Below are positions 18,077 through 27,986 of a stretch of 64,000 nt of DNA, piece by piece. The translations under genes were made by a program, and so were the position numbers. The notes beneath the pieces are model-generated. The model saw only the letters and a list, made by a program, of their open reading frames with translations, was not told the DNA's origin and did no database searches. Each line of letters begins with the position of its first letter. The first letter of the stretch is position 1. Origin of the DNA: Candidatus Woesearchaeota archaeon (lineage in GTDB: Archaea > Nanobdellota > Nanobdellia > Woesearchaeales > GCA-2687795); the NCBI GenBank assembly GCA_030753365.1, contig JASMCJ010000008.1, positions 928-64,927 of the forward strand, read 5' to 3'.

Positions 18077-18253
18077 CCGACGAGTAAGTGCGAACGTTGA
18101 GACTGATATTAGGACCGATGTTAGTCCGAACGTATAGTGATAGAATATATAGGTTGAAGGAGATAGTTAGAGAGGAATATAGGCGTTAAGAAAGTTGTTT
18201 TTAATAGAAGATGTTAAAATTAAGCAATAATTTTAAATACATCAAGTTCTAAA

Positions 18254-18805
18254 GTGGATTCTATGGCAGAAAGAACTATTGTTGTGGATCATATGCGGCT
18301 TACTTATGAAGGGTTGTTTGAGGTTAATGAGCTGTATAGGACTATAGATGAGTGGCTTAGAGGGAAGGGTTATGATAAGAAGGAGTCAAAGAATATAGAG
18401 AAGGTTACGCCTGAAGGCAAATATATAGAGCTTGAACTGGAGCCATGGAAGAAGATTACCTCTTATGCAAAGAATATCGTTAAGATGAGAATTATAATGA
18501 CTAATATCAAGGAAGTTGAGGTTGAGAAGGATAATGCGAAAGTAAAGATGAACCAGGGTAAGGTGCATATTGTGTTTGACGGCTTCCTTGAGACTGATTA
18601 TGAGAATAGGTGGGAGTCAGGACCTATGTATTATTTTATTAGGACTATTTTTAATAAGTATATTTATGGGTTTTATACGGATGGATATAAGAAGAATATA
18701 TTGGATGATGTTAATCATCTGCATTCTACGATAAAGTCTTTTCTGAATTTGTATAGGTATTCAGCAGAAGCATGGACTAAGCCTTCTGCGCAGCTTAGGC
18801 CTTAG
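18254..18805 (+). CDS. Hypothetical protein
   Basis: 183 aa, no recognizable motif. Confidence 0.35.
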   Translation: MDSMAERTIVVDHMRLTYEGLFEVNELYRTIDEWLRGKGYDKKESKNIEKVTPEGKYIELELEPWKKITSYAKNIVKMRIIMTNIKEVEVEKDNAKVKMNQGKVHIVFDGFLETDYENRWESGPMYYFIRTIFNKYIYGFYTDGYKKNILDDVNHLHSTIKSFLNLYRYSAEAWTKPSAQLRP

Positions 18806-18822
18806 ATTGACTGATTTTTTTC

Positions 18823-18962
18823 TGTCAAAAGTCCGTGACCACCACCAGTCAATAGACTGGTAGCATGCTCGCCCACTCAAGTGGGCTCGGGTCACTCCCT
18901 CTTGAGCACATTTTATTCCACTTTGAACCACCAATCTAGACTGGTGGAATAAAATGTTTTAA
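18823..18962 (+). repeat. Structured repeat core, copy 2 (near-identical to 5352..5492). Its 3' end supplies the last 8 codons and the stop of the DHH gene on the opposite strand.
   Basis: Same ~140 nt as copy 1, with G to A (GACTGGTAGC) and G to A (CCACCAATCTAGA) changes that break two palindromes. Overlaps 18936..18962 of CDS 18936..20024. Confidence 0.7.
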
Positions 18963-20024
18963 CAGTTTGATAAATTTTTCAAAATCCTTTGTCTTTACGC
19001 AGATACCGCAGGCATGCTCATGGCCTCCGCCATAACCTTCTACACTTTTAAATAATTCTTCAACTATAGGAGGAAGTATTATTTTAGTGGACCTTAGGCT
19101 GCATTTGACTTCTCCGCTTTTTTCCCTTCCGATTAGAACGACTTTGTCTGGAAAGAGGTAGATTAGCTCATTACTTAGGTCTGAGGTAAAAGAATTCCTG
19201 TTACTATAAATGTATGAAAGGAGTTTTTTACTTTTTTGGCTTGCTTGTTTTATGATTTTTAATAATTCCTGGTACTGCTGATTTACTTTTTGATATTTTT
19301 TGTAGATATACTTACCTTGAGGAGAGGTTTGCTCTAAGATTTCATCAGGATGTTTTATTCTTGTAATAACTTTGATACAGCTCATTGCTTCGTAGGAGTT
19401 TCCTTTTAAGATGAATGAGAAGATTCTTACTAATGTTCCTAGTTTGGTGGTGAATAATGCATCCTGAGGAGTTTTTATTTTTTCAGGGATTAAAGAAGGG
19501 TATGCTTTTTGAAATTCTGGAAGAAAATCTGGAAGTGTCCAGTCCCCTACGGTTCCAGTCATTGCTATCCATATGTCCTGTTTTACTACATTGTAGCAGA
19601 TTGATGAGACTGGTGAGTTGTCTTTAGGATCTTGTACCCGTGGATTGTAATAATCACAGTTTCTGTAAGGCTCTTTTGGAGGAGGATGGTGGTCTATTAT
19701 GACTACTTTTGATTTTATGCCATCTATGAAGTCCTGGCTTATTGTGGGCTTGTCAAGCACGAAGACTATGTCTGGCTGGTATTCGTCTACTTTTCTTAAC
19801 ATATCAGGCCCAAGTTCAGGGAAGGATTTGATGATTATTCCTTTTCCATCTCCTACAAACCGGTAGAACTGCAGGAAAGAGCATACACCATCAGGATCGT
19901 CATGGAAGAAGATTAATGGGTTTTTGTGCTCTTCCAATTCTTTTCTGATTTTTTTTAGTTGTGATGATGGTAACATTTTAGATTTTGTCAAATTCTGGTT
20001 TCCAAGAGATATTAGCTTTTTCAA
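18936..20024 (-). CDS. DHH/DHHA1-family phosphoesterase (NrnA/RecJ-like). The true start is probably the internal Met at ~19976 (MLPSSQ..), which abuts the HD gene stop.
   Basis: DHH motif VIIDHHPPP, Asp-rich N-terminal motifs (FFHDDPDGV), DHHA1 motif GGGHEHACG near the C-terminus. Confidence 0.7.
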   Translation of the reverse strand: MKKLISLGNQNLTKSKMLPSSQLKKIRKELEEHKNPLIFFHDDPDGVCSFLQFYRFVGDGKGIIIKSFPELGPDMLRKVDEYQPDIVFVLDKPTISQDFIDGIKSKVVIIDHHPPPKEPYRNCDYYNPRVQDPKDNSPVSSICYNVVKQDIWIAMTGTVGDWTLPDFLPEFQKAYPSLIPEKIKTPQDALFTTKLGTLVRIFSFILKGNSYEAMSCIKVITRIKHPDEILEQTSPQGKYIYKKYQKVNQQYQELLKIIKQASQKSKKLLSYIYSNRNSFTSDLSNELIYLFPDKVVLIGREKSGEVKCSLRSTKIILPPIVEELFKSVEGYGGGHEHACGICVKTKDFEKFIKLLKHFIPPV

Positions 20025-20607
20025 ACTCTGACTTTAATTTTGTTTTTACCAAGTTTAATACTGGTTTCAGTTGAGGAAAATTATTAACGTGTTTATCCGC
20101 ATAAGTTGCTGTGATTTCAGAGATATCATAATAAGCCTTTTTGCCATTTTCTATAAGGTAAGCCATGGTTTCAATCTTGTCTAAAGCTTTAATAAACTTT
20201 GCTTCTTCAGTTGCTGTAGCCTCATATTCAGTCCAGAGGTTATAAAGCTCAGTTCCCCTTCTAAGAGGCAAGTTTTTCCTTAGCTCATTAATCGCTCTTA
20301 ATTCACCCTGTTCTTTCTGCAGTTTAGCAGCCTCATTATTATGATATAACCTATAATCAATATCTCCTGTGAGTGATTCACCAATATCATGAATAAGAGC
20401 TAACTTGAGCGCGTGTTCTATGTTAATAGCTAAGTTTAATTCATTAGCTAGAACAAATGCCATTAAGGAAAGACGCCAGGTATGGTCTGCAGTTGATTCC
20501 TTGTTGCGGAGTAGTTCTGACTCACTAAACCTGTAAGTGTCTTTGAGCTTGCCTGCTTTTTGCAGAAAGTTGAAGATTTGTTCAAGATTTTCTTTGGTTT
20601 TATCCAT
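19978..20607 (-). CDS. HD-domain metal-dependent phosphohydrolase (YfbR-like nucleotidase type)
   Basis: H..HD motif (LALIHDIGE) with downstream conserved D residues, 209 aa. Confidence 0.7.
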   Translation of the reverse strand: MDKTKENLEQIFNFLQKAGKLKDTYRFSESELLRNKESTADHTWRLSLMAFVLANELNLAINIEHALKLALIHDIGESLTGDIDYRLYHNNEAAKLQKEQGELRAINELRKNLPLRRGTELYNLWTEYEATATEEAKFIKALDKIETMAYLIENGKKAYYDISEITATYADKHVNNFPQLKPVLNLVKTKLKSEFEKANISWKPEFDKI

Positions 20608-20657
20608 AAGAGAGATAATTGCTGTGATTTATATAAATGTTTTTGGTTAAATATACC

Positions 20658-20697
20658 AGATATCGGATAGGTCAAAATAAGAGTTATCCGATATATT
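20658..20697. promoter_or_regulatory. Candidate operator: 12 bp inverted repeat AGATATCGGATA-N16-TATCCGATATAT in the divergent HD/Fic promoter region, overlapping a TATA-like box
   Basis: 11/12 complementary arms centred at ~20677, 30-70 nt upstream of the Fic ATG (20726). On the other strand it lies upstream of the HD gene start (20607). Confidence 0.4.
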
Positions 20698-20725
20698 TAA
20701 AAGGAAAGAGTATTTACTATAATGA

Positions 20726-21661
20726 ATGATAGTAGATAAAGAATTATTTGAGAGAATTATTAAGAAAAAGAAGAAATTGGACAGTTTAAGACCTTTTTCT
20801 AAAGCTTCTTTAAGCAGGTTGAAGGAAAATTTTGATGTTGAATCTACGTATAACTCAAATGCTATCGAAGGAAATACTCTGACTAAATCTGAGACAAAAC
20901 TTGTTATTGAAAAAGGAATTACTATAGGTGGTAAGCCAATGAGAGAGTATTTTGAGGCTATAAACCATAAAAAAGCAATTGATTTTATTGAATCTATTGT
21001 AACAGAAAAGAAAGAAATCACAAAAGAGATTGTTTGTAAGATAAACTGGTTTGTTTTAGATAATATTGAAGAAGATGAGAAAGGAATTTACAGGTTAAGG
21101 AAAGTGCATATAGAAGGGGCATCCTTTGTTCCCCCTAAACCAGATTTAGTTCCTGAACAAATGGAAGAATTTCTTGAATGGCTCAAGGAAAATCAAAATA
21201 AGATGAATATTGTTGATTTTGCTGCTCTTGCTCATGAAAAATTTGTTTTTATACATCCTTTTATAGATGGAAACGGTAGATGTACTAGACTACTTATGAA
21301 CCTTCTTCTTATGCAAAAAGGATATCCTTCTACTATAATATTGAAAGCCGAAATAAAAAAGTATATAAGAACATTGGATCAAGCCCATTTAGACAATTAT
21401 GCTCCTTTTGTGAACTTTATTGCAAGGAGTATTGAAAGGTCTTTGGCTTTATGGATTGATGCCTTAAGAATCCCTTCAGAAAGCGATGAAGATGAGTTTA
21501 TTTCATTGGCCGAGGCTTCAAGACTTTGTTCTTATAGCCAAGAATATCTGAGTTTATTGGCAAGGAAAGGCAAGCTGGAAAGCATAAAAAAGGGAAGGAA
21601 CTGGGTTACTACGAGGAAGGCTGTTAGGGAGTATGTTGATAAAAATAAGGGCAAACTATAA
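20726..21661 (+). CDS. Fic/DOC-family protein (AMPylation-type) with C-terminal winged-helix domain
   Basis: Canonical Fic motif HPFIDGNGRCTRLL; 311 aa. Confidence 0.85.
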   Translation: MIVDKELFERIIKKKKKLDSLRPFSKASLSRLKENFDVESTYNSNAIEGNTLTKSETKLVIEKGITIGGKPMREYFEAINHKKAIDFIESIVTEKKEITKEIVCKINWFVLDNIEEDEKGIYRLRKVHIEGASFVPPKPDLVPEQMEEFLEWLKENQNKMNIVDFAALAHEKFVFIHPFIDGNGRCTRLLMNLLLMQKGYPSTIILKAEIKKYIRTLDQAHLDNYAPFVNFIARSIERSLALWIDALRIPSESDEDEFISLAEASRLCSYSQEYLSLLARKGKLESIKKGRNWVTTRKAVREYVDKNKGKL

Positions 21662-21688
21662 ATATAAACTTCAATCAATAGATATTAT

Positions 21689-22993
21689 ATGACTAATTCA
21701 ATGCTGCAGGTTACAAAGGGTATGAGGGATTTCATACCTGAAGAGAAGATTATGAGGGATGAGCCAGTTGGCACTATAAAGAAGGTATTTGAGGTTTATG
21801 GGTTTAACCCGATTGAGACTCCTATTATTGAGAAGTATGATACACTGGCTGCGAAGTTTGCTGCGGGAGAGGAGTCTGATGCGCTTAAAGAAACGTTTAA
21901 GCTGACTGACCAAGGTGGGAGGAATTTAGGGTTGAGGTTTGACCTTACTGTTCCTTTTTGCAGGTTTGTTGGGATGAATCCTAATTTTAAGATGCCGTTT
22001 AAGAAGTATGCTGCAGGGAATGTTTTTAGGGATGGGCCTATTAAGACTGGAAGGTATAGGCAGTTTATGCAGATGGATACTGATATTGTGGGGACTAAGT
22101 CTGTGCTTGCTGATGCTGAGATGTTGAGCTTAGCTGAGATGGTTTTTAAGAAGATTGGGTTTGAGGTTGTTATTGAGCTTAATAACAGGAAGATTATTGA
22201 TGGAATTATGGAGCTGGCTGAGATTAAGGAGAAGGATAGGTTTAGTGTTATTATTTCTATTGATAAGCTTAAGAAGATGGGAGAGGAGAGTGTTAAGGAA
22301 GAGTTGAAGGAGAAAAAGCTTAATGATAAACAGATTGGGATTATTATTAGCGGCTTTAAGGTGGGAGAAGATAATAAGAAGACTCTTGATAATCTTAAAG
22401 AGTTGTTGAGTAATGGTGCTGGGCAGGAGAGTGTTAAAGAGACTGAAGAACTGCTTGATTATCTTGATATGTTTGGGGTTAAGAGTGTGGTGTTTAATCC
22501 TTCACTGGCTAGAGGGCTGGCCTATTATACTGGACCAGTGTTTGAGGTGTTTATGAAGGATTCAGGGATTAAGTCTTCTGTTGCGGGAGGAGGAAGGTAT
22601 GATAAGATTATTGGGAATTATTTGCAGACTAAGTATGAGTTTCCTGCTACAGGGATTAGTTTTGGGATTGATGTTATTAGTGAGGCTTTGAAGGAGAAGA
22701 AGAAATTAGTTAGAAAGTCTGTTGTGAAAGCGTTTGTTATCCCGATTGGGACTTTGAAGGAGAGTATTAAGATTGTGCAGAGGTTGAGAGGGGAAGGGAT
22801 TAGCACTGATTTTGATGTTGCTGAGAAAGGTGTGGGTAAGAATATGGAGTTTGTTGATTCTTATGAGATTCCTTTTGCGATTTTTGTGGGTGAGGATGAA
22901 TTAAAGAAGAAGATGGTTAAGCTGAGGGATATGAAGTCTGGGAAGGAAGAGATGGTTAGTGTTGATGATGTTGTTAAAAGGTTGAAGGAGTAA
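21689..22993 (+). CDS. hisS: Histidyl-tRNA synthetase
   Basis: Class II aaRS motifs including GGGRYD, HisRS-like N-terminal KGMRDFIPEE, C-terminal anticodon-binding domain; 434 aa. Confidence 0.9.
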   Translation: MTNSMLQVTKGMRDFIPEEKIMRDEPVGTIKKVFEVYGFNPIETPIIEKYDTLAAKFAAGEESDALKETFKLTDQGGRNLGLRFDLTVPFCRFVGMNPNFKMPFKKYAAGNVFRDGPIKTGRYRQFMQMDTDIVGTKSVLADAEMLSLAEMVFKKIGFEVVIELNNRKIIDGIMELAEIKEKDRFSVIISIDKLKKMGEESVKEELKEKKLNDKQIGIIISGFKVGEDNKKTLDNLKELLSNGAGQESVKETEELLDYLDMFGVKSVVFNPSLARGLAYYTGPVFEVFMKDSGIKSSVAGGGRYDKIIGNYLQTKYEFPATGISFGIDVISEALKEKKKLVRKSVVKAFVIPIGTLKESIKIVQRLRGEGISTDFDVAEKGVGKNMEFVDSYEIPFAIFVGEDELKKKMVKLRDMKSGKEEMVSVDDVVKRLKE

Positions 22994-23008
22994 ATATCTA
23001 ATTTCTTA

Positions 23009-25666
23009 GTGAAATATATAAACAAAGAAGGGTTTTTGAGTGTTAGAATGGTTACTTATATAGAAAAGCCTAAAACTGAAAAGGAAATAAGGAATATCCT
23101 TAATCCGATTGTGGATAAGTGGTTTTTTAGTAGGTTTAAGGCTTTTAGTTTGCCGCAGCTTTATGGGGTTATGGAGATTCATTCAAGGAATAATATTCTT
23201 GTTAGCGCGCCTACTGGAGCTACTAAGACGCTTACTTCTTTCCTGAGTATATTGAATGAGTTGATTGATTCTTCAGAGAAAGGAATTCTTGAGGATAGGA
23301 TTTATGCTGTTTATATTTCCCCGCTTAAGGCGCTTAATGAAGATATTAAGGTTAATCTTGTGGAGCCTTTGAGAGAGATGGAGAAGATTGCTGGGAAAGA
23401 GCTGGGCATTAGGGTGGGTGTGAGGACTGGTGACACTTCTGCGTATGAGAAGCAGAAGATGTTGAAGAGTCCGCCGCATATTCTGATTACAACGCCTGAA
23501 AGTTTGGCAATTATTCTTTCTTCTTTTAAGTTTATTGAGCATTTGCAGAATGTTGAATGGTGTATTATTGATGAGATTCATGCGCTTGCAGAGAATAAGA
23601 GAGGAGTGCATCTTTCACTTTCTATGGAGAGGCTGAATGCGTTGTCTTCCCATATGACTAAGGTGGGGTTAAGTGCTACAGTTGCGCCTTTGGAGGAGGT
23701 TGCTAAGTTTCTTGTTGGTTATGAGGATGGCAAAGAGAGGGATTGCAAGGTTGTGGATGTACAGTTTCTTAAGAATATGGATTTGAAGGTGCTGAGCCCG
23801 GTTGCTAATCTGATTGATGTGGAGCAGGAGACTATGCACCATGAGATGTATAAACTTATTGACAAGTTAGTGCAGGAGCATAAGACTACTTTAATTTTTA
23901 CTAATACTAGAGCTGCTACTGAGAGAGTGGTTGACCATTTGAAGGATAAGTTTCCTAAGAATTATACGGAGAATGCTGAGGAGCCTGATGATTCTGATAA
24001 TAAAAGGATTGGAGCGCATCATGGGAGCTTGAGCAAGGAGCATAGGCATAGGATAGAGCAGGGGTTGAGAGATGGTAAGCTGAAAGCGGTTGTTACGAGC
24101 ACTTCTTTGGAGTTGGGTATTGATATTGGTTATATTGATTTGGTGATTTGTTTGGGAAGCCCTAAGAGTATTGCCAGGGCTGTGCAAAGGATTGGAAGGA
24201 GCGGGCATAAGCTGCATGAGACTGCTAAGGGAAGGATTGTTGTGCTTGATAGGGATGACCTTGTTGAGTGCGCTGTGCTGCTGAAGTCTGCAGTGGAGAA
24301 GAAGATTGATAAGATTGATATTCCTACTGATTGCCTTGATGTTCTGGCGCAGCAGATTGATGGGATGGCTATACAGGAGAGAATTCATATTGATGATATG
24401 TTTAAGATTATTAAGAGCAGTTATTGTTATAAGAATCTTAAGAGAAGAGATTTTATGGAGATTATTGATTATCTTAGCGGGAAGTTTGTTTCTTTGGAGG
24501 ATAGGTATATTTATGCTAAGATTTGGTATGATGAAGAGACTGGGATGATTGGCAAGAGAGGCAGGATGGGAAGGGTTATTTATATGACTAATATTGGCAC
24601 TATTCCTGATGAGAGTTTTATTACTGTGAAGACTGGGGAGCAGCCGATTGGGAAGATTGATGAGGGTTTTCTTGAGAAGTTAAAGAGAGGGGATGTGTTT
24701 GTTCTTGGAGGGGAGAAGTATGAGTTTTTGTATAGCAGAGGGATGGTTGCACAGGTTAAGGCTTCGGTTGTGAGACCGCCTACTATTCCTTCATGGTCTA
24801 GTGAGATGCTGCCACTGAGTTTTGATTTGGCTATGGATATTAGCAAGTTTAGAAGGAGGATGGATGATGCTTTTACTAAGCAGAAGAGTAAAAAGGAAAT
24901 TATGAAGTTTATTTATGATTATCTTTATCTTGATGAGAATGCTGCTAATTCTATTTATGAGTATTTTGATGAGCAGTTCCAGTATGCGCAGATTCCTTCT
25001 GATAAGAAGATTGTGGTGGAGTCGTATAATGATGGCAAGCAGAATTATTATTTGTTTCATACTTTGTTTGGGAGAAGGGTTAATGATGTTTTGTCAAGAG
25101 CAGTGGCGTTTGCTATCGCAAGGACTGAACATAAGGATGTTGAGATAGGGATTAATGATAATGGGTTTTATATTGGCTCAGAGAGGAAGCTGCCGATTAT
25201 GAAGGCAGTTAAGCTGTTGAAGTCAGAAGAACTTAGGAAGGTGTGCGAGATGGCGATTGAGAGGACTGAGGTGTTGAAGAGAAGGTTTAGGCATTGCGCT
25301 GGAAGAGCGTTGATGATTCTTAGGTCTTATAAGGGGAGACAGAAGAGGGTGGGGAGGCAGCAGGTTTCTTCTATGATTTTAATGAGCGCGTTGAAGAGGA
25401 TTAATCCCAATTTTACGATTCTTAAGGAGGCTAAGAGGGAAGTGTTAGAAGATTTAATGGATATTGATAATGCTGTGAAGATATTGAAGGGTGTAGAGAA
25501 TGGCAAGATTAGGGTTGTTGAGATTTCCACTAAGATTCCTTCACCGTTTGCGTTTAAGCTGATTGCGCAGGGGCATACTGATATTATGAAGATTGAGGAT
25601 AGGATTGAGTTTCTTAGAAGGATGCATCAGAATGTGCTGGCGAAGATTAGCTTGGGGAAGAAGTAG
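23009..25666 (+). CDS. lhr: Lhr-like large superfamily-2 helicase (DEAD/DEAH box core plus Lhr C-terminal domains)
   Basis: Motif II IDEIHAL, SAT motif, HRIGRSGH motif VI and a long C-terminal domain; 885 aa. Walker A reads APTGATKT, which is non-canonical. Confidence 0.75.
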   Translation: MKYINKEGFLSVRMVTYIEKPKTEKEIRNILNPIVDKWFFSRFKAFSLPQLYGVMEIHSRNNILVSAPTGATKTLTSFLSILNELIDSSEKGILEDRIYAVYISPLKALNEDIKVNLVEPLREMEKIAGKELGIRVGVRTGDTSAYEKQKMLKSPPHILITTPESLAIILSSFKFIEHLQNVEWCIIDEIHALAENKRGVHLSLSMERLNALSSHMTKVGLSATVAPLEEVAKFLVGYEDGKERDCKVVDVQFLKNMDLKVLSPVANLIDVEQETMHHEMYKLIDKLVQEHKTTLIFTNTRAATERVVDHLKDKFPKNYTENAEEPDDSDNKRIGAHHGSLSKEHRHRIEQGLRDGKLKAVVTSTSLELGIDIGYIDLVICLGSPKSIARAVQRIGRSGHKLHETAKGRIVVLDRDDLVECAVLLKSAVEKKIDKIDIPTDCLDVLAQQIDGMAIQERIHIDDMFKIIKSSYCYKNLKRRDFMEIIDYLSGKFVSLEDRYIYAKIWYDEETGMIGKRGRMGRVIYMTNIGTIPDESFITVKTGEQPIGKIDEGFLEKLKRGDVFVLGGEKYEFLYSRGMVAQVKASVVRPPTIPSWSSEMLPLSFDLAMDISKFRRRMDDAFTKQKSKKEIMKFIYDYLYLDENAANSIYEYFDEQFQYAQIPSDKKIVVESYNDGKQNYYLFHTLFGRRVNDVLSRAVAFAIARTEHKDVEIGINDNGFYIGSERKLPIMKAVKLLKSEELRKVCEMAIERTEVLKRRFRHCAGRALMILRSYKGRQKRVGRQQVSSMILMSALKRINPNFTILKEAKREVLEDLMDIDNAVKILKGVENGKIRVVEISTKIPSPFAFKLIAQGHTDIMKIEDRIEFLRRMHQNVLAKISLGKK

Positions 25667-25667
25667 A

Positions 25668-26285
25668 TTATTTCAACACTTTCCCTGTTTCCATGTACCA
25701 TAGGTATAAGTCAAGCTCTGCGAGAGTTAGTTGTGTGTTGGTTGCTATGTTTCTTAATGTGTCTTCAAGTTTGAAATATTCTTTTTTTGTTAAGGTTTTA
25801 GGTTTTTCTGTTAAGTTATGTTTTACAAGAAGGTCTATGATATGGAAGTCGATGATTGCAAGGTTTTGGTGGCCAATGTTTCTTAAGAAGTGACTGGATT
25901 CTTTGTAGCCTATGCCTTTGATATTTTTTACTAGCCATTCCCTTGCATTTTGGCTGTCTTGGTTGATTGTATTACTTAGCTCTTTTAGATGTTTTCTTGC
26001 TTCAATGATATAAGAAGCTCTTTTTGTATGGAACCTACAACTGTTTTCTTTTAGAGTAGAGATTAACTTTTCTTCGTTTAATTCTAAGAAGCCAGTGGTT
26101 ATTTTATTTTGGACAGAGATGCATCTTTCAGCGGATGAATTTGCTGTGAGAATGCAGAAGCAGAGTTCGCTGAAGATTTTGTTGATGGGTTGGTTGCCTG
26201 TTTTTTTGAATTGGCTTATTCTGAGGTTTACTGATTCTCTTATGTTGCTCTTTTTTAAACCTTCAATGAGTTCAAGTAGTTTCAT
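25668..26285 (-). CDS. ogg: Archaeal 8-oxoguanine DNA glycosylase/lyase (Ogg2 family, HhH-GPD)
   Basis: Blocks ELCFCILTAN, NIKGIGYKESSHFLRN and LDLYLWYMETGKVLK are near-identical to those of characterized archaeal Ogg; 205 aa. Confidence 0.85.
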   Translation of the reverse strand: MKLLELIEGLKKSNIRESVNLRISQFKKTGNQPINKIFSELCFCILTANSSAERCISVQNKITTGFLELNEEKLISTLKENSCRFHTKRASYIIEARKHLKELSNTINQDSQNAREWLVKNIKGIGYKESSHFLRNIGHQNLAIIDFHIIDLLVKHNLTEKPKTLTKKEYFKLEDTLRNIATNTQLTLAELDLYLWYMETGKVLK

Positions 26286-26303
26286 TAGTATTCATTTAAT
26301 GTT

Positions 26304-26819
26304 TCAAAGACATTCAGGCTCATAATATTCTCTTTCGTGCTTGCAAGAAGGACATTTCTTTGGTGGTTCAGTTCCTTCATAAATATAACCGCATTTGCTG
26401 CATTTCCAGTTTATTGGCTTGTCTCTTTTGAATAGGGTTCCGTTTTCAACCATTTCAAGGAGCTTTTTATATCTTTCTTCATGATGTTTCTCTACTTCGC
26501 TTATTTCTGTGAAGAGTTTCTTTGCTTCTTTATTGCCTTCTTCTTCTGCGTCTTTTGCAAAGCCTGGATACATTTCTGTGTTTTCATAGTGTTCTCCTGC
26601 GATAGCTACTTTTAGATTTTCTTTTGTGTTTCCTATTCCTTTTGATTGCTTGAATTCGTCTTTTGCATGCTGCATTTCGTTTAATGCGGTTTCTTCAAAG
26701 ATCTTTGCAATGTAATGATATCCTTCTTTTCTTGCGACTTTTGCAAAATAATCATATTTGTTTCTTGCCTGGCTTTCACCAGCAAAAGCAGTTTTTAGAT
26801 TTTCTTCAGTTTTAGTCAT
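26304..26819 (-). CDS. rbr: Rubrerythrin (di-iron ferritin-like domain plus C-terminal rubredoxin-like CxxC..CxxC)
   Basis: E..H di-iron motifs in two helices; C-terminal [16 protein letters not shown]. Confidence 0.85.
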   Translation of the reverse strand: MTKTEENLKTAFAGESQARNKYDYFAKVARKEGYHYIAKIFEETALNEMQHAKDEFKQSKGIGNTKENLKVAIAGEHYENTEMYPGFAKDAEEEGNKEAKKLFTEISEVEKHHEERYKKLLEMVENGTLFKRDKPINWKCSKCGYIYEGTEPPKKCPSCKHEREYYEPECL

Positions 26820-26822
26820 TTT

Positions 26823-27914
26823 TTACCTCATCATTTTTTTAGTTATTCTTTCCTTTGCAATTTTCATTGCAGATTCTCTTGGCATTATACCTTTGCTTTT
26901 TGAGTCTTCTAATACAAGTTTAGTGTTTTTTGTTACTTTTTCTTCTACCATGGTGAACATGTCCTGTTCACTGCCGCCAGTGTATTCTATGTAAGAGCTT
27001 ATTACGCCGCCTGCGTTGGCTACGAAGTCTGGTACTACTAAAATTCCTTTTTTATGGCAGAGTTCTTCTGTTTCTATTGTCATGGGTATGTTGCTGCCTG
27101 CTACAATGAGCTTAAAGTTGAGATTGTCAACATCTTCTGAGCTGATAAGGTCAGGGATGGCTGCAGTGATTAGGATGTCTGCTTTTATGTCAAGTATATT
27201 GTCTGTAGGTTTACTTGGCTTGTAGTTTGTTACTGTGCCTGTTTCTTTTTTTGTTTTGGCTAGTTCGTTGAAGTCTATGCCTTCAGTGTTTGATATTACA
27301 CCTTTGCTGTCTGATACGGCTATTAGTTTTGCACCTTCTTCTGTGAGGAATTTGGCTGCAAACCAACCTACGTTTCCAAAGCCTTCTATGGCTATTGTTG
27401 AGTTTTTTAGGTCAAAGTTTAGATGCTCTGCTGCTACTTTTGTTGCATGGAATACGCCAAAGCCGGTAGAGCCCAGCTCATGAGGTATGCCTCCCATTGA
27501 AGAGGGTTTTCCTGTGCAGGATTTGTTGTCACCGTTTGCGTTGGAGAACCATTCCATTTCTTTTTCTGCCATGTTCATGTCAGGGGCTGCAACGTATAGC
27601 TCAGGGCAGACTATTTTCAGGGCTTTTGAGAAGTCTTTTACTATTTCTTCTTTTTTTTCTGGAGAGAGTTCTTTGCTGTTTGCTACTATACCTGATTTTG
27701 CTCCTCCAAAAGGAAGGTCTGCAAGAGCGCATTTCCAGGTCATTGCTCTTGCTAGTTTTGATACTTCTTCTTCGGTTACTGAAGGTGTCATTCTTATGCC
27801 ACCTTTGCCTGGGCCGAGCTTGGTGTTGTCTATTACAACAAAGCCTTTCATGCCTGATTTAGGATTGTAAACTGTTAGAATCTTTTCTGGTCCGAATTCA
27901 TCGTAGTTTATCAT
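26823..27914 (-). CDS. Glu/Leu/Phe/Val amino-acid dehydrogenase (short, LeuDH-like size)
   Basis: KGGIRM..FGGAKSGI catalytic-region motifs and a Rossmann GFGNVG NAD(P) site; 363 aa. Confidence 0.75.
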   Translation of the reverse strand: MINYDEFGPEKILTVYNPKSGMKGFVVIDNTKLGPGKGGIRMTPSVTEEEVSKLARAMTWKCALADLPFGGAKSGIVANSKELSPEKKEEIVKDFSKALKIVCPELYVAAPDMNMAEKEMEWFSNANGDNKSCTGKPSSMGGIPHELGSTGFGVFHATKVAAEHLNFDLKNSTIAIEGFGNVGWFAAKFLTEEGAKLIAVSDSKGVISNTEGIDFNELAKTKKETGTVTNYKPSKPTDNILDIKADILITAAIPDLISSEDVDNLNFKLIVAGSNIPMTIETEELCHKKGILVVPDFVANAGGVISSYIEYTGGSEQDMFTMVEEKVTKNTKLVLEDSKSKGIMPRESAMKIAKERITKKMMR

Positions 27915-27986
27915 TTGTGTTGCCCCCTTATTACTAAAAGAGAGGTTGGGAGGGTTATAAATTTCTTTCGGTGGGGAAATAGTGAG

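Noticed and set aside
26823-27914. Calling the amino-acid dehydrogenase specifically glutamate dehydrogenase
   Set aside because: At 363 aa it is closer to Leu/Val/Phe dehydrogenase size than to ~420 aa GDH. Substrate specificity cannot be read from the motifs seen, so it is kept at family level.
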